Origin: Thauera sp.
GTDB taxonomy: Bacteria; Pseudomonadota; Gammaproteobacteria; Burkholderiales; Rhodocyclaceae
Reading direction: 5' to 3'
NCBI GenBank assembly: GCA_034005275.1
Contig: JAVEVA010000004.1
Coordinates: 25,355-89,354, forward strand
Length of the DNA stretch: 64,000 nucleotides
Shown piece after piece: positions 26,532 through 36,153 of the stretch (position 1 is its first letter; each line of letters opens with the position of its first letter). The notes under the pieces were generated by a model. That model had not been told where the DNA came from and searched no databases. It saw only the letters and a list, made by a program, of their open reading frames with translations. The translations under genes and the position numbers were made by a program.

Positions 26532-28097
26532 TTACTCCGGCGCCAGGGTTTCAAACTCGAAGCCGACGATGTTGCGTTCGCGCTGGCTGAATTCGACGCC
26601 GACGAGGTGCACGGGGCCGCTGGTGCGGTATTTATCGGCGTAGTGGCGTGCCTTGAGCTGGGCGAGGGCGCGGCCTTCAGGGACAAGTTCGACCACCTTG
26701 AATTCGAACAGCCAGGTGTGGCCGTGGCAGCGGACGGTGAGGTCGATGCGGCCCTGGTTGGTGACGTCTTCGACGGCGAGGTCGATGCCGAGGGCGGCGA
26801 AATGGCTGTAGAACACGCTGGCCCAATAGCCTTCGTAATGGGCGATGGGGTTGTTGCGATACCAATCGTGGGGAATGCTGGCGAAGAAAGCGGTGAATAG
26901 TGCTTTGAGCGCCGGTAGGTCATTGGCCTGAAGCAGGTGGTAGAGATTGCCGACCTGGCGGGCGTAGTGGCTGGGATGGCCGGTGAGGGTCTGCAGCAGG
27001 GCACCGTTGAGCGCAGTGCGCACTTCGAGATTGGGGTAGTGGAGCTGCACCCGGGTGAGGCCGGGAATGTGTTCAACTGCGCCGATGGTCAGATAGCCGG
27101 TCTGAAAGAGCAGGGTTTCGGTCGGGATGTGGTCGACATCGAAGCTGGAAAGCAGCGCTTCGGGGGTGAGCAGCTGGTCGAGTGCCGGGGTGAATTGCTG
27201 GCGCTCGGTGAGCAGCTTGATCAGAAAAGCCGGGGTGCCGGTTTCGAACCACCACGGACGGAAACTGCGCTGTTCGAACAGCAGCAGCACATCGAACGGG
27301 TTGTAGACTGCTTCGCCGAGCCAGTTGTAGCCGTTGTACCAGCGGCGGATTTCGGCTCGCTCAAGGCCGGGCAGTTCCGGAGCAAAGACCTGGTCGAGGT
27401 CGGCTTCGGTGTAGCCGCACAAGGCGCTGTAACGGGCGTCGAGGGTGATGTCCTGCAGATTGTTGAGACCGGAAAACAGGCTCACTTTGCTGAATTTCGA
27501 CACCCCGGTAAGGAAAGCGAAATGCACGTACTGGTCGCTGTCCTTGATGACCGAGTAGAAGTCCTTGAGCTGTTCGCGGATGGCAAGCGCCAGCGCCGGC
27601 TGTTCGATGCGGTCGAGAATCGGTTTGTCGTATTCGTCGATGAGGATCACCACGCGCTGGCCGCTGTGCTGTGCCCAGTGCTGGATCAGGCTGCGGAAAC
27701 GTTCGGTGACGCTGTCATCGGCTGGGCAGATGCCGGCCTCGGCTTCGAGGCGCTGCAAGTGGGACACCAGCCGGCTGCGCAGATCGGCCGCATCCTGCAC
27801 CACGCCGCCGCCAAAGCTGAAACGCAGCACCGGATGTTTGCTCGTCCAGTCCCAATGCTGTTCGGCGTACAGCCCTTTGAACAGGGCGGCGTTGCCTTCA
27901 AACAGTTCTTTCAGCGTGTCGAGGAACAGGCTTTTGCCAAAGCGGCGCGGGCGCGAGAGAAAGAAATGGCTGCCTTGCGCCGCCAGCTGGACGGCGAACG
28001 GCGTCTTGTCGACGTAGTAATAGTCGTCTTCGCGGATTTTGGCGAAAGTCTGGATGCCGATCGGCAGCTTGCGACGAGGCAGGGTGGCAGTGCTCAT
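26532..28097 (-). CDS. AAA-ATPase-like (PF09820-type) protein with C-terminal PD-(D/E)XK (PDDEXK_9/DUF1703-type) domain
   Basis: 'LPIGIQTFAKIREDDYYYVDKTPF', 'FFLSRPRRFGKSLFLDTLKELFEG', 'VILIDEYDKPI'. C-terminus 'GRIDLTVRCHGHTWLFEFKVV'. I chose the ATG at 28097 (MSTATLPRRK); the track's extension runs through a REP element. Confidence 0.8.
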   Translation of the reverse strand: MSTATLPRRKLPIGIQTFAKIREDDYYYVDKTPFAVQLAAQGSHFFLSRPRRFGKSLFLDTLKELFEGNAALFKGLYAEQHWDWTSKHPVLRFSFGGGVVQDAADLRSRLVSHLQRLEAEAGICPADDSVTERFRSLIQHWAQHSGQRVVILIDEYDKPILDRIEQPALALAIREQLKDFYSVIKDSDQYVHFAFLTGVSKFSKVSLFSGLNNLQDITLDARYSALCGYTEADLDQVFAPELPGLERAEIRRWYNGYNWLGEAVYNPFDVLLLFEQRSFRPWWFETGTPAFLIKLLTERQQFTPALDQLLTPEALLSSFDVDHIPTETLLFQTGYLTIGAVEHIPGLTRVQLHYPNLEVRTALNGALLQTLTGHPSHYARQVGNLYHLLQANDLPALKALFTAFFASIPHDWYRNNPIAHYEGYWASVFYSHFAALGIDLAVEDVTNQGRIDLTVRCHGHTWLFEFKVVELVPEGRALAQLKARHYADKYRTSGPVHLVGVEFSQRERNIVGFEFETLAPE

Positions 28098-28165
28098 GAG
28101 GCTGATTATGCCGCGTTTGCGCTGCGGAGGACGGGGTGTCGCCGGTCTTGTCGGGCAAGTGCAGG

Positions 28166-28261
28166 TTTTTCTTGTGGCGACGGGTCCGTGACCCGGAGTT
28201 CCTGCGCTGGTGCTGTAGCACGCGCTTGCTCGGGGCATGGCCCCGGCGCCACAAGGAAAAA
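28166..28261. repeat. composite family A REP element (two inverted half-sites)
   Basis: 'tttttcttgtggcgacgggtccgtgacccgg ... gcttgctcggggcatggccccggcgccacaaggaaaaa'. It is co-linear with the element at 52457-52537. Confidence 0.75.
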
Positions 28262-28267
28262 CGATGC

Positions 28268-29905
28268 TCAGGCGAGGCCTTGCGAGTCGAGGTATTCGTC
28301 GTAGGTGCCGCGGTAGTCGATGATCTGGCCGTCGAGCTTGATTTCGATGATGCGGGTGGCCAGGGTGGAGACGAATTCACGGTCGTGGGAGATGAACACC
28401 AGCGTGCCATTGAACTTGTCGAGCGCGGTGTTGAGCGATTCGATCGATTCCATATCGAGGTGGTTGGTCGGCTCATCCATCAGCAGCACATTGGGCCGTG
28501 ACAGCATCAGCTTGCCGAACAGCATGCGACCTTGTTCGCCGCCGGAAATGACTTTCACCGATTTTTTCACTTCTTCACCGGAGAACAGCAAGCGTCCCAG
28601 CGTGCCGCGCAGCAGGGTTTCGTTGTCTTCGCCGGTGGCGGCAGCAGTGATGCGCGCGTAGGGGGCGATCCAGTCGGTGAGGCTGCTGTCTTCGGCAAAG
28701 TCGGCCGAGTGATCCTGGGCGTAATAGCCCGGTTTGGCTTTTTCGGCCCACTTCACGGCGCCTTTGTTCGGCGTGAGGCCGCCCAGTTCAGGGCCGGCGA
28801 GCAGTTTGATGAGTGTGGTCTTGCCGACGCCGTTCTCACCGATGATGGCGATCTTCTCGCCAGCTTCGATGGCCAGCGACAGCTTGTTGATCAGCGGCTT
28901 GTCCATGCCGTCGTAAGCGAAACTGATGTTGTCCAGTTCGCAGGCAAGACGGTGCAGCTTGTCCTTGTCGTCGTATTCGAAGCGGATCCAGGGATACTGG
29001 CGGCTGGACGGCTTGACGTCTTCGGGTTTGAGCTTGTCGATCAGCTTGAGGCGGCTGGTGGCCTGCTTGGCCTTGGATTTGTTGGCCGAGAAGCGGCGGA
29101 CGAATTCCTGCAGCTCGGCGATCTTTTCCTTGGCACGGCTGTTGGCCGCCGACTGGCGCTGGCGGGCCAGGGTGGACGCTTCCATGTAGTCGTCGTAGTT
29201 GCCCGGATAGATGGTGATGGTGCCGTAGTCCAGGTCGGCCATGTGGGTGCACACCTGGTTGAGGAAGTGGCGGTCGTGGGAAATGATCACCATCGTGCAG
29301 TCGCGTTCGTTGAGCACGTCTTCGACCCAGCGGATGGTGTTGATGTCGAGGTTGTTGGTCGGTTCGTCGAGCAGCAGGATGTCGGGGTTGGCGAACAGGG
29401 CCTGGCACAGCAGCACGCGCAGCTTCCAGCCGGGAGCGACTTCGCTCATCGGGCCATTGTGCAGTGCGCTGTCGATGCCGACGCCGAGCAGCAGCTCGCC
29501 GGCACGGGCTTCGGCGGTATAGCCGTCGAACTCGGCAAAGCGGCCTTCGAGCTCGGCGGCGTGCATGTAGTCGTCTTCGGTCGCTTCAGGATTGGCGTAG
29601 ATCGCGTCCTTTTCCTGCATGCAGGCCCACATCTCTTCGTGGCCCATCATCACCACGTCGAGCACGCGGCGGTCCTCGTAGGCGAACTGATCCTGGCGCA
29701 GATAGGCCATGCGCTCGTGAGCCTCTTTGGAGATGTTGCCGGCGGAAGGTTCGAGAATGCCGCACAGGATCTTCATGAAGGTGGACTTGCCGGCGCCGTT
29801 GGCGCCGATGAGGCCGTAACGGTTGCCTTCGCCAAACTTGACGGAGACATTCTCGAACAGGGGCTTGGCCCCGAACTGCATGGTGATGTTGGCGGCGACG
29901 AGCAC
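28268..29905 (-). CDS. ABC-F family ATPase (YbiT-like, two ABC domains, no TM domain)
   Basis: '[42 protein letters not shown]' and a second cassette '[18 protein letters not shown]', with '[13 protein letters not shown]'. I chose the GTG at 29905, preceded by AGGA 7 nt upstream, which gives a YbiT-like N-terminus. The track start is 30061. Confidence 0.88.
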   Translation of the reverse strand: MLVAANITMQFGAKPLFENVSVKFGEGNRYGLIGANGAGKSTFMKILCGILEPSAGNISKEAHERMAYLRQDQFAYEDRRVLDVVMMGHEEMWACMQEKDAIYANPEATEDDYMHAAELEGRFAEFDGYTAEARAGELLLGVGIDSALHNGPMSEVAPGWKLRVLLCQALFANPDILLLDEPTNNLDINTIRWVEDVLNERDCTMVIISHDRHFLNQVCTHMADLDYGTITIYPGNYDDYMEASTLARQRQSAANSRAKEKIAELQEFVRRFSANKSKAKQATSRLKLIDKLKPEDVKPSSRQYPWIRFEYDDKDKLHRLACELDNISFAYDGMDKPLINKLSLAIEAGEKIAIIGENGVGKTTLIKLLAGPELGGLTPNKGAVKWAEKAKPGYYAQDHSADFAEDSSLTDWIAPYARITAAATGEDNETLLRGTLGRLLFSGEEVKKSVKVISGGEQGRMLFGKLMLSRPNVLLMDEPTNHLDMESIESLNTALDKFNGTLVFISHDREFVSTLATRIIEIKLDGQIIDYRGTYDEYLDSQGLA

Positions 29906-30253
29906 GGAATAATCCTGTTTGATCGGTAAAACAAAGCCTTGCATTCTAGCGCAGAACAAGGCAGGCAGGATTGTCGGTTCGAGCCCCGTCCGGGGGAAAC
30001 GGTCATGTTCCTGCCGGGGCGCAGCGCTGGCTGGACTGGGTTCCTGATGGTTGAAAATCATCCGTTTTCCGTCAGGAGAAAAGAGGAGGGTTTCTGTATC
30101 CGGTAATATTCGAAACTATTTCCATAGTATAGAATTCTGTCCTCGGTGGAGTTGAGCGCCAAGGCTCGCGAGTTTCTTGACCAGCAAGCTGGCGCAAATG
30201 GAGCGGTGACGAGTGGTGCAGTCACCACAAACCATCTGATCCTGGAGTGGTGC

Positions 30254-32345
30254 ATGAGCTGTGGGCTGCTCGCCCTGAGCGTGGAGAAGGGCTTTCTTCG
30301 TCACAACTGCCGGCCTGCGCATGGCGCTGGACTGCTGGTGTGGTGGGGGGTTTCGTTGTGTGCTTTTCTGTCGACTCTGCCGTGTGCAGCGCAGCCCAGT
30401 GCGGCACTGACCCCGGTGGTGCTGCAGCTCAAATGGACTCATGCTTTCCAGTTTGCCGGTTATTACATGGCGGAAGAACTGGGCTATTACCGGGATGCCG
30501 GACTGGAAGTGCGGATTGTCGAAGCCGGGCAGGGGCAGAACCCGGTCGATGAAGTGGTCGCCGGGCGGGCGCAGTTCGGTGTGGGCGCGAGCAGCACCTG
30601 TGGCGCATGCGGCTGGCAAGCCGGTGGTGGTGCTGGGTGTTGTCCAGCAGCATTCGCCACAGGTGCTGATTGCACTCGAGGCCCGTTCGGCGCAAAGCGT
30701 GCATGACCTGGCCGATGCGGCGCTGATGATCGAGCCGCAGGCGGAAGAACTGCTGGCGTATCTGCAGCGCGAAGGAATCAGGGTCGTGCCCACCATGCTG
30801 CGACCGCATGAGCACAGCATCCAGCCCTTGCTTGACGGGCGGGCACGGGTGATGTCGGCCTACAGCAGCTATGAACCCTACTTCCTGCGTCAGCTGGGCG
30901 TGCCGTATCACCTGTATACGCCGCGTTCGGCCGGGATCGATTTTTATGGCGACAATCTGTTCACCAGTGCCGACGAAGTGCGTCGGCGTCCGCTGCTGGT
31001 CGAAGCATTCCGTGCCGCCAGCATGCGTGGCTGGCAGGCGGCAGTGGCGGATCCAGAAGCGGCGATCGAGCTTGTCCGGCGCAAATATGCGCCGGGGCTG
31101 ACCGAAGACTTCCTGCGTTTCGAGGCTGCCGAACTGATTCCGATGATGCATGCCGACCTGATCCGGATCGGCTACATGTCGAGCGAACGCTGGCAGCACA
31201 TTGCCAGCGTCTATGGCGAGCTTGGGCTACTGGCGGAGACCAGTCTGCCGGCCGGTTTTCTGTACCAGCCTGAGCTCGACAATGCCAGACTGGCGCAGGC
31301 ACAGAAGGCGCTGATGCTGGCATTGAGTGGTGGCCTGCTTGCCCTGTTGCTGCTGGTTTACCTGTATTCGCTCAATCGCCGCCTGCGCACCGCGCGTGAC
31401 AGCCTGGAGGAGAGTGAGTGGCGTTACCGCATGCTGGCCGAGCAGATGCGTGACGTGATCTGGGTGCTTGATCTCGAGGAAGAGCGCTTTACCTACATGA
31501 GTCCATCGGTGACCGGGTTGTCGGGGCAGCTGCCGGCAGAGATCATGGCAGGTCATTATCTTGCTCACGCGCGTCCGAGTGACGCAGAGGGGTTCAAGAG
31601 CTGGCTGGCCGGCGTGGTGCCACGCTTTCTGGCCGGTGAAATTGACGAAGACTGGCACGAGGTGATCGAAAGCCAGATCGAGCACCAGGATGGTCACGAA
31701 GTCTGGCTGGAGACGGTGTGTCATCTATTGCGCAATCTGCGCTCTGGTCATCTTGAAGTGCATGGGGTCACGCGGGATATCAGCGAACGTCGCCGGCAGG
31801 AAGAAACCATCCGCCATCTGGCACGCCATGATCCGCTCACCGGTTTGCCCAACCGGACACTGTTTTCGCAGCAGTTTGCCAGCAGTCTCGGCTGGGCGCG
31901 ACGCGAACGGAGCGGGCTGGCGCTGGTTTTTCTCGACCTCGATCGCTTCAAGCCGGTCAATGACACCTATGGTCATCAATTCGGCGATCGTCTGCTGTGC
32001 AAGGTTGCGCAGCGGATTCGTGCTTGTCTGCGTGAAGTGGATCTGCTGGCACGGCTGGGAGGCGATGAGTTCGTCATCGTGCTCCATGGGGTGGCGGATG
32101 AGCGCGCAGCGCAAAAAGTGACGGGGAAAATTGCGATCGCCTTGCGGGAGCCCTTCTGGCTGGACGGGATTCCGATCAGGATTTCATGTAGCCAGGGGAT
32201 TGCGCTCTATCCGCAGCACGGCGGCGACGAATTCGAGCTTTCGCGCAAAGCGGATGCAGCGATGTATGCCGCCAAGCGCGATGGGCGCGACCAGGTGTGT
32301 CTCTATGTTGCCGGTTTGATCGAGCAGCAGTGCCTCAACCCCTGA
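30254..32345 (+). pseudogene. sensor diguanylate cyclase (periplasmic NMT1/SBP-like domain, TM, PAS, GGDEF) interrupted by an apparent +1 frameshift near 30596
   Basis: Frame of ORF 30146-30706 reads '...LQLKWTHAFQFAGYYMAEELGYYRDAGLEVRIVEAGQGQNPVDEVVAGRAQFGVGASS', then noise. The frame of ORF 30441-32345 resumes 'VAHAAGKPVVVLGVVQQHSPQVLIAL...' and continues to PAS and 'RLGGDEFVIV'. The exact N-terminal start is uncertain. Confidence 0.7.
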
Positions 32346-33654
32346 GCTGTCCGGCGCGCCAGTGCAGCAGGCCGCGGGCGGCAGCGATGCCGGTGGCAAA
32401 GCAGGCGGTGAGCAGATAGCCGCCAGTTGGAGCTTCCCAGTCGAGCATTTCACCAGCGGCAAAAACGCCGGGATGGCGGCGCAGCATGTAATGCGCGTCG
32501 AGTTCGTCAAAGGCGAGGCCGCCCGCACAGCTGATCGCCTCGTCCAGCGGCCGGGGTGCGATCAGCGGCAGCGGCAAAGCCTTGATCGCACGTGCGAGTC
32601 GGGCAGGATCGTCAAGCACTGCCGGCGCGAGAACTTCACGCAGCAAGCCGGCCTTGACACCCTTGATGCCGGCCTGGGCCTGCAGGTGGGTGGACAGTGA
32701 GCGGCTGCCACGCGGTCGCGCGAGTTCGCGCTGCAGACGAGTGAGCTCGCGCCCGGGGGCAAGATCGAGCTCGAGCACTGCTGCGCCATGGTTTTCGATC
32801 TGATCGCGCAGCGCGGCCGAGAGCGCGTAGATCAGCCCGCCTTCGATGCCGTGGGCGCTGATCATGCATTCGCCGCTGCGGGCATGCAGTTGACCATCGT
32901 TGGCGACGAAGCGGGCAGAGACCGATTTGAGCGGGGAGCCACGGAAGCGCTCGCGGAAATGGGCGCTCCAGCCCGGACCCGCCGGACGGCCGATGCCGGA
33001 GCTGCCGACGTCGAAGCCACCGACGTCGAAGCCGCAGTTTGCCGGGCGGAAAGGAGCGAGCTGCAGGCCGTGTGCCTGCAGGCTTTCAGTCCAGCGACCG
33101 TCGCTGCCGAAGCGGCTCCAGCTCGCGCCGCCGACGGCGAGCAGCAGCCCGCCCACTTCGACACAACGTTCACCTTCGGGGGTGGCAAAGCGCAGGGTGC
33201 GGGCGCCGGAAGGAGTACCCGTGTCCTGCCAGTCGAGCCAGTCGAGCCAGCGGTGGCGCGGGGCAAAGCGTACGCCGAGCGCACGCAGCCGCGCCAGCCA
33301 GGCGCGCAGCAGGGGGGCTGCTTTCATCCCGGTGGGGAAGACTCGCCCCGAGCTGCCGGTGAAGGTGTCGATCCCCAGGTCATGCACCCAGTCGCGCAGT
33401 GCCTGAGGGGGGAAGTTGCGCAGTGCATTTTCCAGTGCATCGCGGCGCTCGCCGTAACGGTCGAGGAAGTGTTCGAGCGCTTCGCTGTGGGTCAGATTGA
33501 GGCCGCCACGGCCGGCAAGCAGAAACTTGCGGCCGACGGTCGGCATGCGCTCGAAGACGATCACTTCCTCTCCGGCCGTAGCGAGGATTTCGGCGGCAAT
33601 CAGGCCGGCAGGGCCACCGCCGATGATTGCCAGCGGCAGGGCTGGGGCGGGCAC
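32335..33654 (-). CDS. BaiN/HI0933-like FAD-binding flavoprotein
   Basis: 'LAIIGGGPAGLIAAEILA', 'FLLAGRGGLNLTHSE', 'FAAGEMLDWEAPTGGYLL'. GTG start. Confidence 0.85.
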   Translation of the reverse strand: MPAPALPLAIIGGGPAGLIAAEILATAGEEVIVFERMPTVGRKFLLAGRGGLNLTHSEALEHFLDRYGERRDALENALRNFPPQALRDWVHDLGIDTFTGSSGRVFPTGMKAAPLLRAWLARLRALGVRFAPRHRWLDWLDWQDTGTPSGARTLRFATPEGERCVEVGGLLLAVGGASWSRFGSDGRWTESLQAHGLQLAPFRPANCGFDVGGFDVGSSGIGRPAGPGWSAHFRERFRGSPLKSVSARFVANDGQLHARSGECMISAHGIEGGLIYALSAALRDQIENHGAAVLELDLAPGRELTRLQRELARPRGSRSLSTHLQAQAGIKGVKAGLLREVLAPAVLDDPARLARAIKALPLPLIAPRPLDEAISCAGGLAFDELDAHYMLRRHPGVFAAGEMLDWEAPTGGYLLTACFATGIAAARGLLHWRAGQLRG

Positions 33655-33657
33655 GGC

Positions 33658-34089
33658 TCAGGCCGCAGGAGCGAAGCGGGCGCGGAAGGCGGCGGGCATG
33701 GTGGTCTTGCGCCGCACGCCGTAGTCGAAGAAGACGATGCCGGTCTTGCCATGGGCGACTTCGCGTCCGCTGGTGGCTTCAGTCATCCGCCAGACCATGT
33801 CGCAGCCGTGATCGTGGAAATCCTGGAGACCGAGTTCGATCGCCATGGTTTCGCCGTAGAAAGCTTCGGAGCGATATCTGAGCGCGGCGTCGGCGACGGT
33901 GATGCCGGCGCCTTCGACATCCATCTCGGTGTAGTTCTGGCTGCGCAGGAAGCGGACCCGTGCTTCGGAAACCAGACTGAGCAGCTGGGAATTGTCGAGA
34001 TGGCGACCATGGTTGATATGGCTGATCAGCAGCGGAATTTCAGTGCGAAAAATGAAGCTGGCAGGCAGGGCAATCTGGACGCGAGCCAT
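33658..34089 (-). CDS. hotdog-fold acyl-CoA thioesterase (4HBT/YbgC-like)
   Basis: 143 aa. 'HINHGRHLDNSQLLSLVSEARVRFL' and the length and pattern are typical of the family. Confidence 0.7.
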   Translation of the reverse strand: MARVQIALPASFIFRTEIPLLISHINHGRHLDNSQLLSLVSEARVRFLRSQNYTEMDVEGAGITVADAALRYRSEAFYGETMAIELGLQDFHDHGCDMVWRMTEATSGREVAHGKTGIVFFDYGVRRKTTMPAAFRARFAPAA

Positions 34090-34174
34090 GGCCGGAGACT
34101 CCTTGGGGGTAGAAACAACAGGCCCTGGCGCATTGGCGGCAGGGCCTGAAATGAAGCAGGGGACCGGGCAGGAA

Positions 34175-34681
34175 TCAGTCCTGGGGCGGGATGCGCAGCA
34201 CCTGGCCGGGGTAGATCTTGTCCGGATGGCTCAGCATCGGCTTGTTGGCTTCGAAAATCACCATGTATTTGTTGGCATTGCCGTAGAACTGCTTGGCAAT
34301 CGCCGACAGGGTGTCGCCACGGACCACGGTGTGGAACTGCGCCACCGGTTCGGCTTCGGTAACGGTCAGCAGGTCTTCGACCTTGGAAACTCCTGCGACG
34401 TTGCCGGCTGCCAGCAGGATCTTTTCACGAGTGGCCTGATCCGGCGCAGTGCCGCTCACGCGCACCACCGAATTGACGGCATCGAATTCAACCAGCAGAT
34501 CGGTGGGGGCCAGTTCGAGTGCGGTGATGTAGCCGTGAATCGCATTGGCTGCCTTGGCGTTGGCGGCCGCAGGGTCTGCCGCCGGCGCTGTGGTGCTGCC
34601 TGCGGTCGGGGCTGCTGCCTTGGCTTCGCCGCTGCCGAACAGTTTCTCGCCCGCTTCCTTGACGAAATCGAAGAAACCCAT
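34175..34681 (-). CDS. BON + LysM domain protein (YgaU/Kbp-like)
   Basis: 'MGFFDFVKEAGEKLFG', a BON-like middle region, and LysM 'HTVVRGDTLSAIAKQFYGNANKYMVIFEANKPMLSHPDKIYPGQVLRIP'. The ATG at 34681 is preceded by GGGAGG. Confidence 0.85.
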   Translation of the reverse strand: MGFFDFVKEAGEKLFGSGEAKAAAPTAGSTTAPAADPAAANAKAANAIHGYITALELAPTDLLVEFDAVNSVVRVSGTAPDQATREKILLAAGNVAGVSKVEDLLTVTEAEPVAQFHTVVRGDTLSAIAKQFYGNANKYMVIFEANKPMLSHPDKIYPGQVLRIPPQD

Positions 34682-34829
34682 TCCAACCTCCCATGTTGAT
34701 CGTGGTGAAAACCTGCAGGATAGACGAAAGCTGGGGAAGAGGTCCATTGCAGTGCAGCGGAATCGGCTAAAATGGGCCGATTTTGCAGCCAGGGTTCGTC
34801 GACGACGACCGTTATAGAGGAGAGGGTGA

Positions 34830-35363
34830 ATGTTCGATCAGGAAGATGGCGACATCGGAATTGCGCTTGGTGTGGTGTTTGGTCTGCTGGCGCTGGTGAT
34901 TGCACTGGTGATCGGCCTGGGCAGTTACCAGCTGCGCGGCAAGGCGGCGACTACCGAGAGTGCGATTGCGGCCGAGAGTGCGCTTGCGAACGCTGCGGTA
35001 TTCAGGCTTGAAGGGGTGGATGTCGAGTTTGTCGACGTGGCCGAGGAAGGCGAGCTGCTGGCCAAGGTCTATTTTGCTCTGGGCCAGAAAGAGCCGGGCG
35101 AGGAAGCGGCTGCGGCGCTGGAGCCGGTGATTGCTGCGCTCAATGCCGATGCGCAAGCCAGGGCCTTGCTGTCGGGTTATCACGATGAAAGCGGCGGCGC
35201 GGCGGTCAATGCTCAGGTCGCTGCGGCCCGTGCGGTTGCGGTGCGCGCGGCTTTGCTGGAGGCCGGTGTCGATGCCGGGCGCATCCTGCTGCGTCGTCCG
35301 GCGGTGACGCTGGGTGGTAGTGATGCCAACGAAGCGCGCCGGGTTGAAGTTCGCATCCAGTAA
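34830..35363 (+). CDS. membrane-anchored OmpA-C-like domain protein
   Basis: N-terminal TM 'IGIALGVVFGLLALVIALVIGL'. C-terminus 'VYFALGQ...LLSGYHDESGG...NAQVAAARAVAVRAALLEAGV...ARRVEVRI'. Confidence 0.7.
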   Translation: MFDQEDGDIGIALGVVFGLLALVIALVIGLGSYQLRGKAATTESAIAAESALANAAVFRLEGVDVEFVDVAEEGELLAKVYFALGQKEPGEEAAAALEPVIAALNADAQARALLSGYHDESGGAAVNAQVAAARAVAVRAALLEAGVDAGRILLRRPAVTLGGSDANEARRVEVRIQ

Positions 35364-35434
35364 GTCCGCGCAGGAAGGTTCGACAGATTTGCCCTGCTCC
35401 AGATAAGCGGGGCGCAGACATGAGGTGGTAGCTG

Positions 35435-36076
35435 ATGATCCAGGCCAGCATCGTCCCGGTGACGCCGTTTGAACAGAATTGCAGCATCCTGTGGTGCGAG
35501 CAGAGCCGGAAGGCGGTGGTTGTCGATCCGGGTGGGGACATCGAGCGCATTCTTGCGGCGCGTGACAAGCTGGGGGTGGAGGTTGAGCGCATCCTCATCA
35601 CCCATGGTCATCTCGACCACGCCGGTGGTGCGGCGCAACTGGCGCGCACGCTCGCAGTGCCGATCGAGGGGCCGCACGAGGACGATCTGTTCTGGATCGA
35701 AGGCATGCCGGAGCAGAGCAAGATGTTCGGCTTTGCTGCGGAAACCTTCATTCCCGACCGCTGGTTGCAGGATGGCGATACGGTCCGCTTTGGCGAACAG
35801 CAGCTGCAGGTCATTCATGCGCCCGGTCATACGCCTGGTCACGTGATCTTTTTCCACGAAGGCGCACGGCTGGCGGTGGTCGGTGATGTGCTGTTTGCCG
35901 GCTCGATTGGCCGTACCGATTTCCCCCGTGGCGATCACCAGACCCTGATCAGTTCGATCCGGGACAAGCTTTTTCCGCTTGGTGATGATGTTCGTTTCAT
36001 TCCCGGGCATGGCCCGCTATCCACTTTTGGTGAAGAGCAGCGCAGCAATCCTTTCGTCGGCGGTCGTTTCGGCTGA
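35435..36076 (+). CDS. MBL-fold metallo-hydrolase (YcbL/glyoxalase II-like)
   Basis: 'ILITHGHLDHAGG', 'HAPGHTPGH', 'GDVLFAGSIGRTDFP', 'IPGHGP'. Confidence 0.88.
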   Translation: MIQASIVPVTPFEQNCSILWCEQSRKAVVVDPGGDIERILAARDKLGVEVERILITHGHLDHAGGAAQLARTLAVPIEGPHEDDLFWIEGMPEQSKMFGFAAETFIPDRWLQDGDTVRFGEQQLQVIHAPGHTPGHVIFFHEGARLAVVGDVLFAGSIGRTDFPRGDHQTLISSIRDKLFPLGDDVRFIPGHGPLSTFGEEQRSNPFVGGRFG

Positions 36077-36153
36077 GGCCGACTTGCGCGGTCCGCCCTT
36101 TTCAGCCCGGCTTCCACTCGGCTTCCATTTCCCCACTCAGCACAGAGGTTTTC

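Noticed and set aside
19407-28268. Searched the island and its flanks for an integrase, transposase, tRNA gene or long terminal inverted repeats.
   Set aside because: None was recognisable in any frame, so the region is not called a mobile element, only an accessory island.
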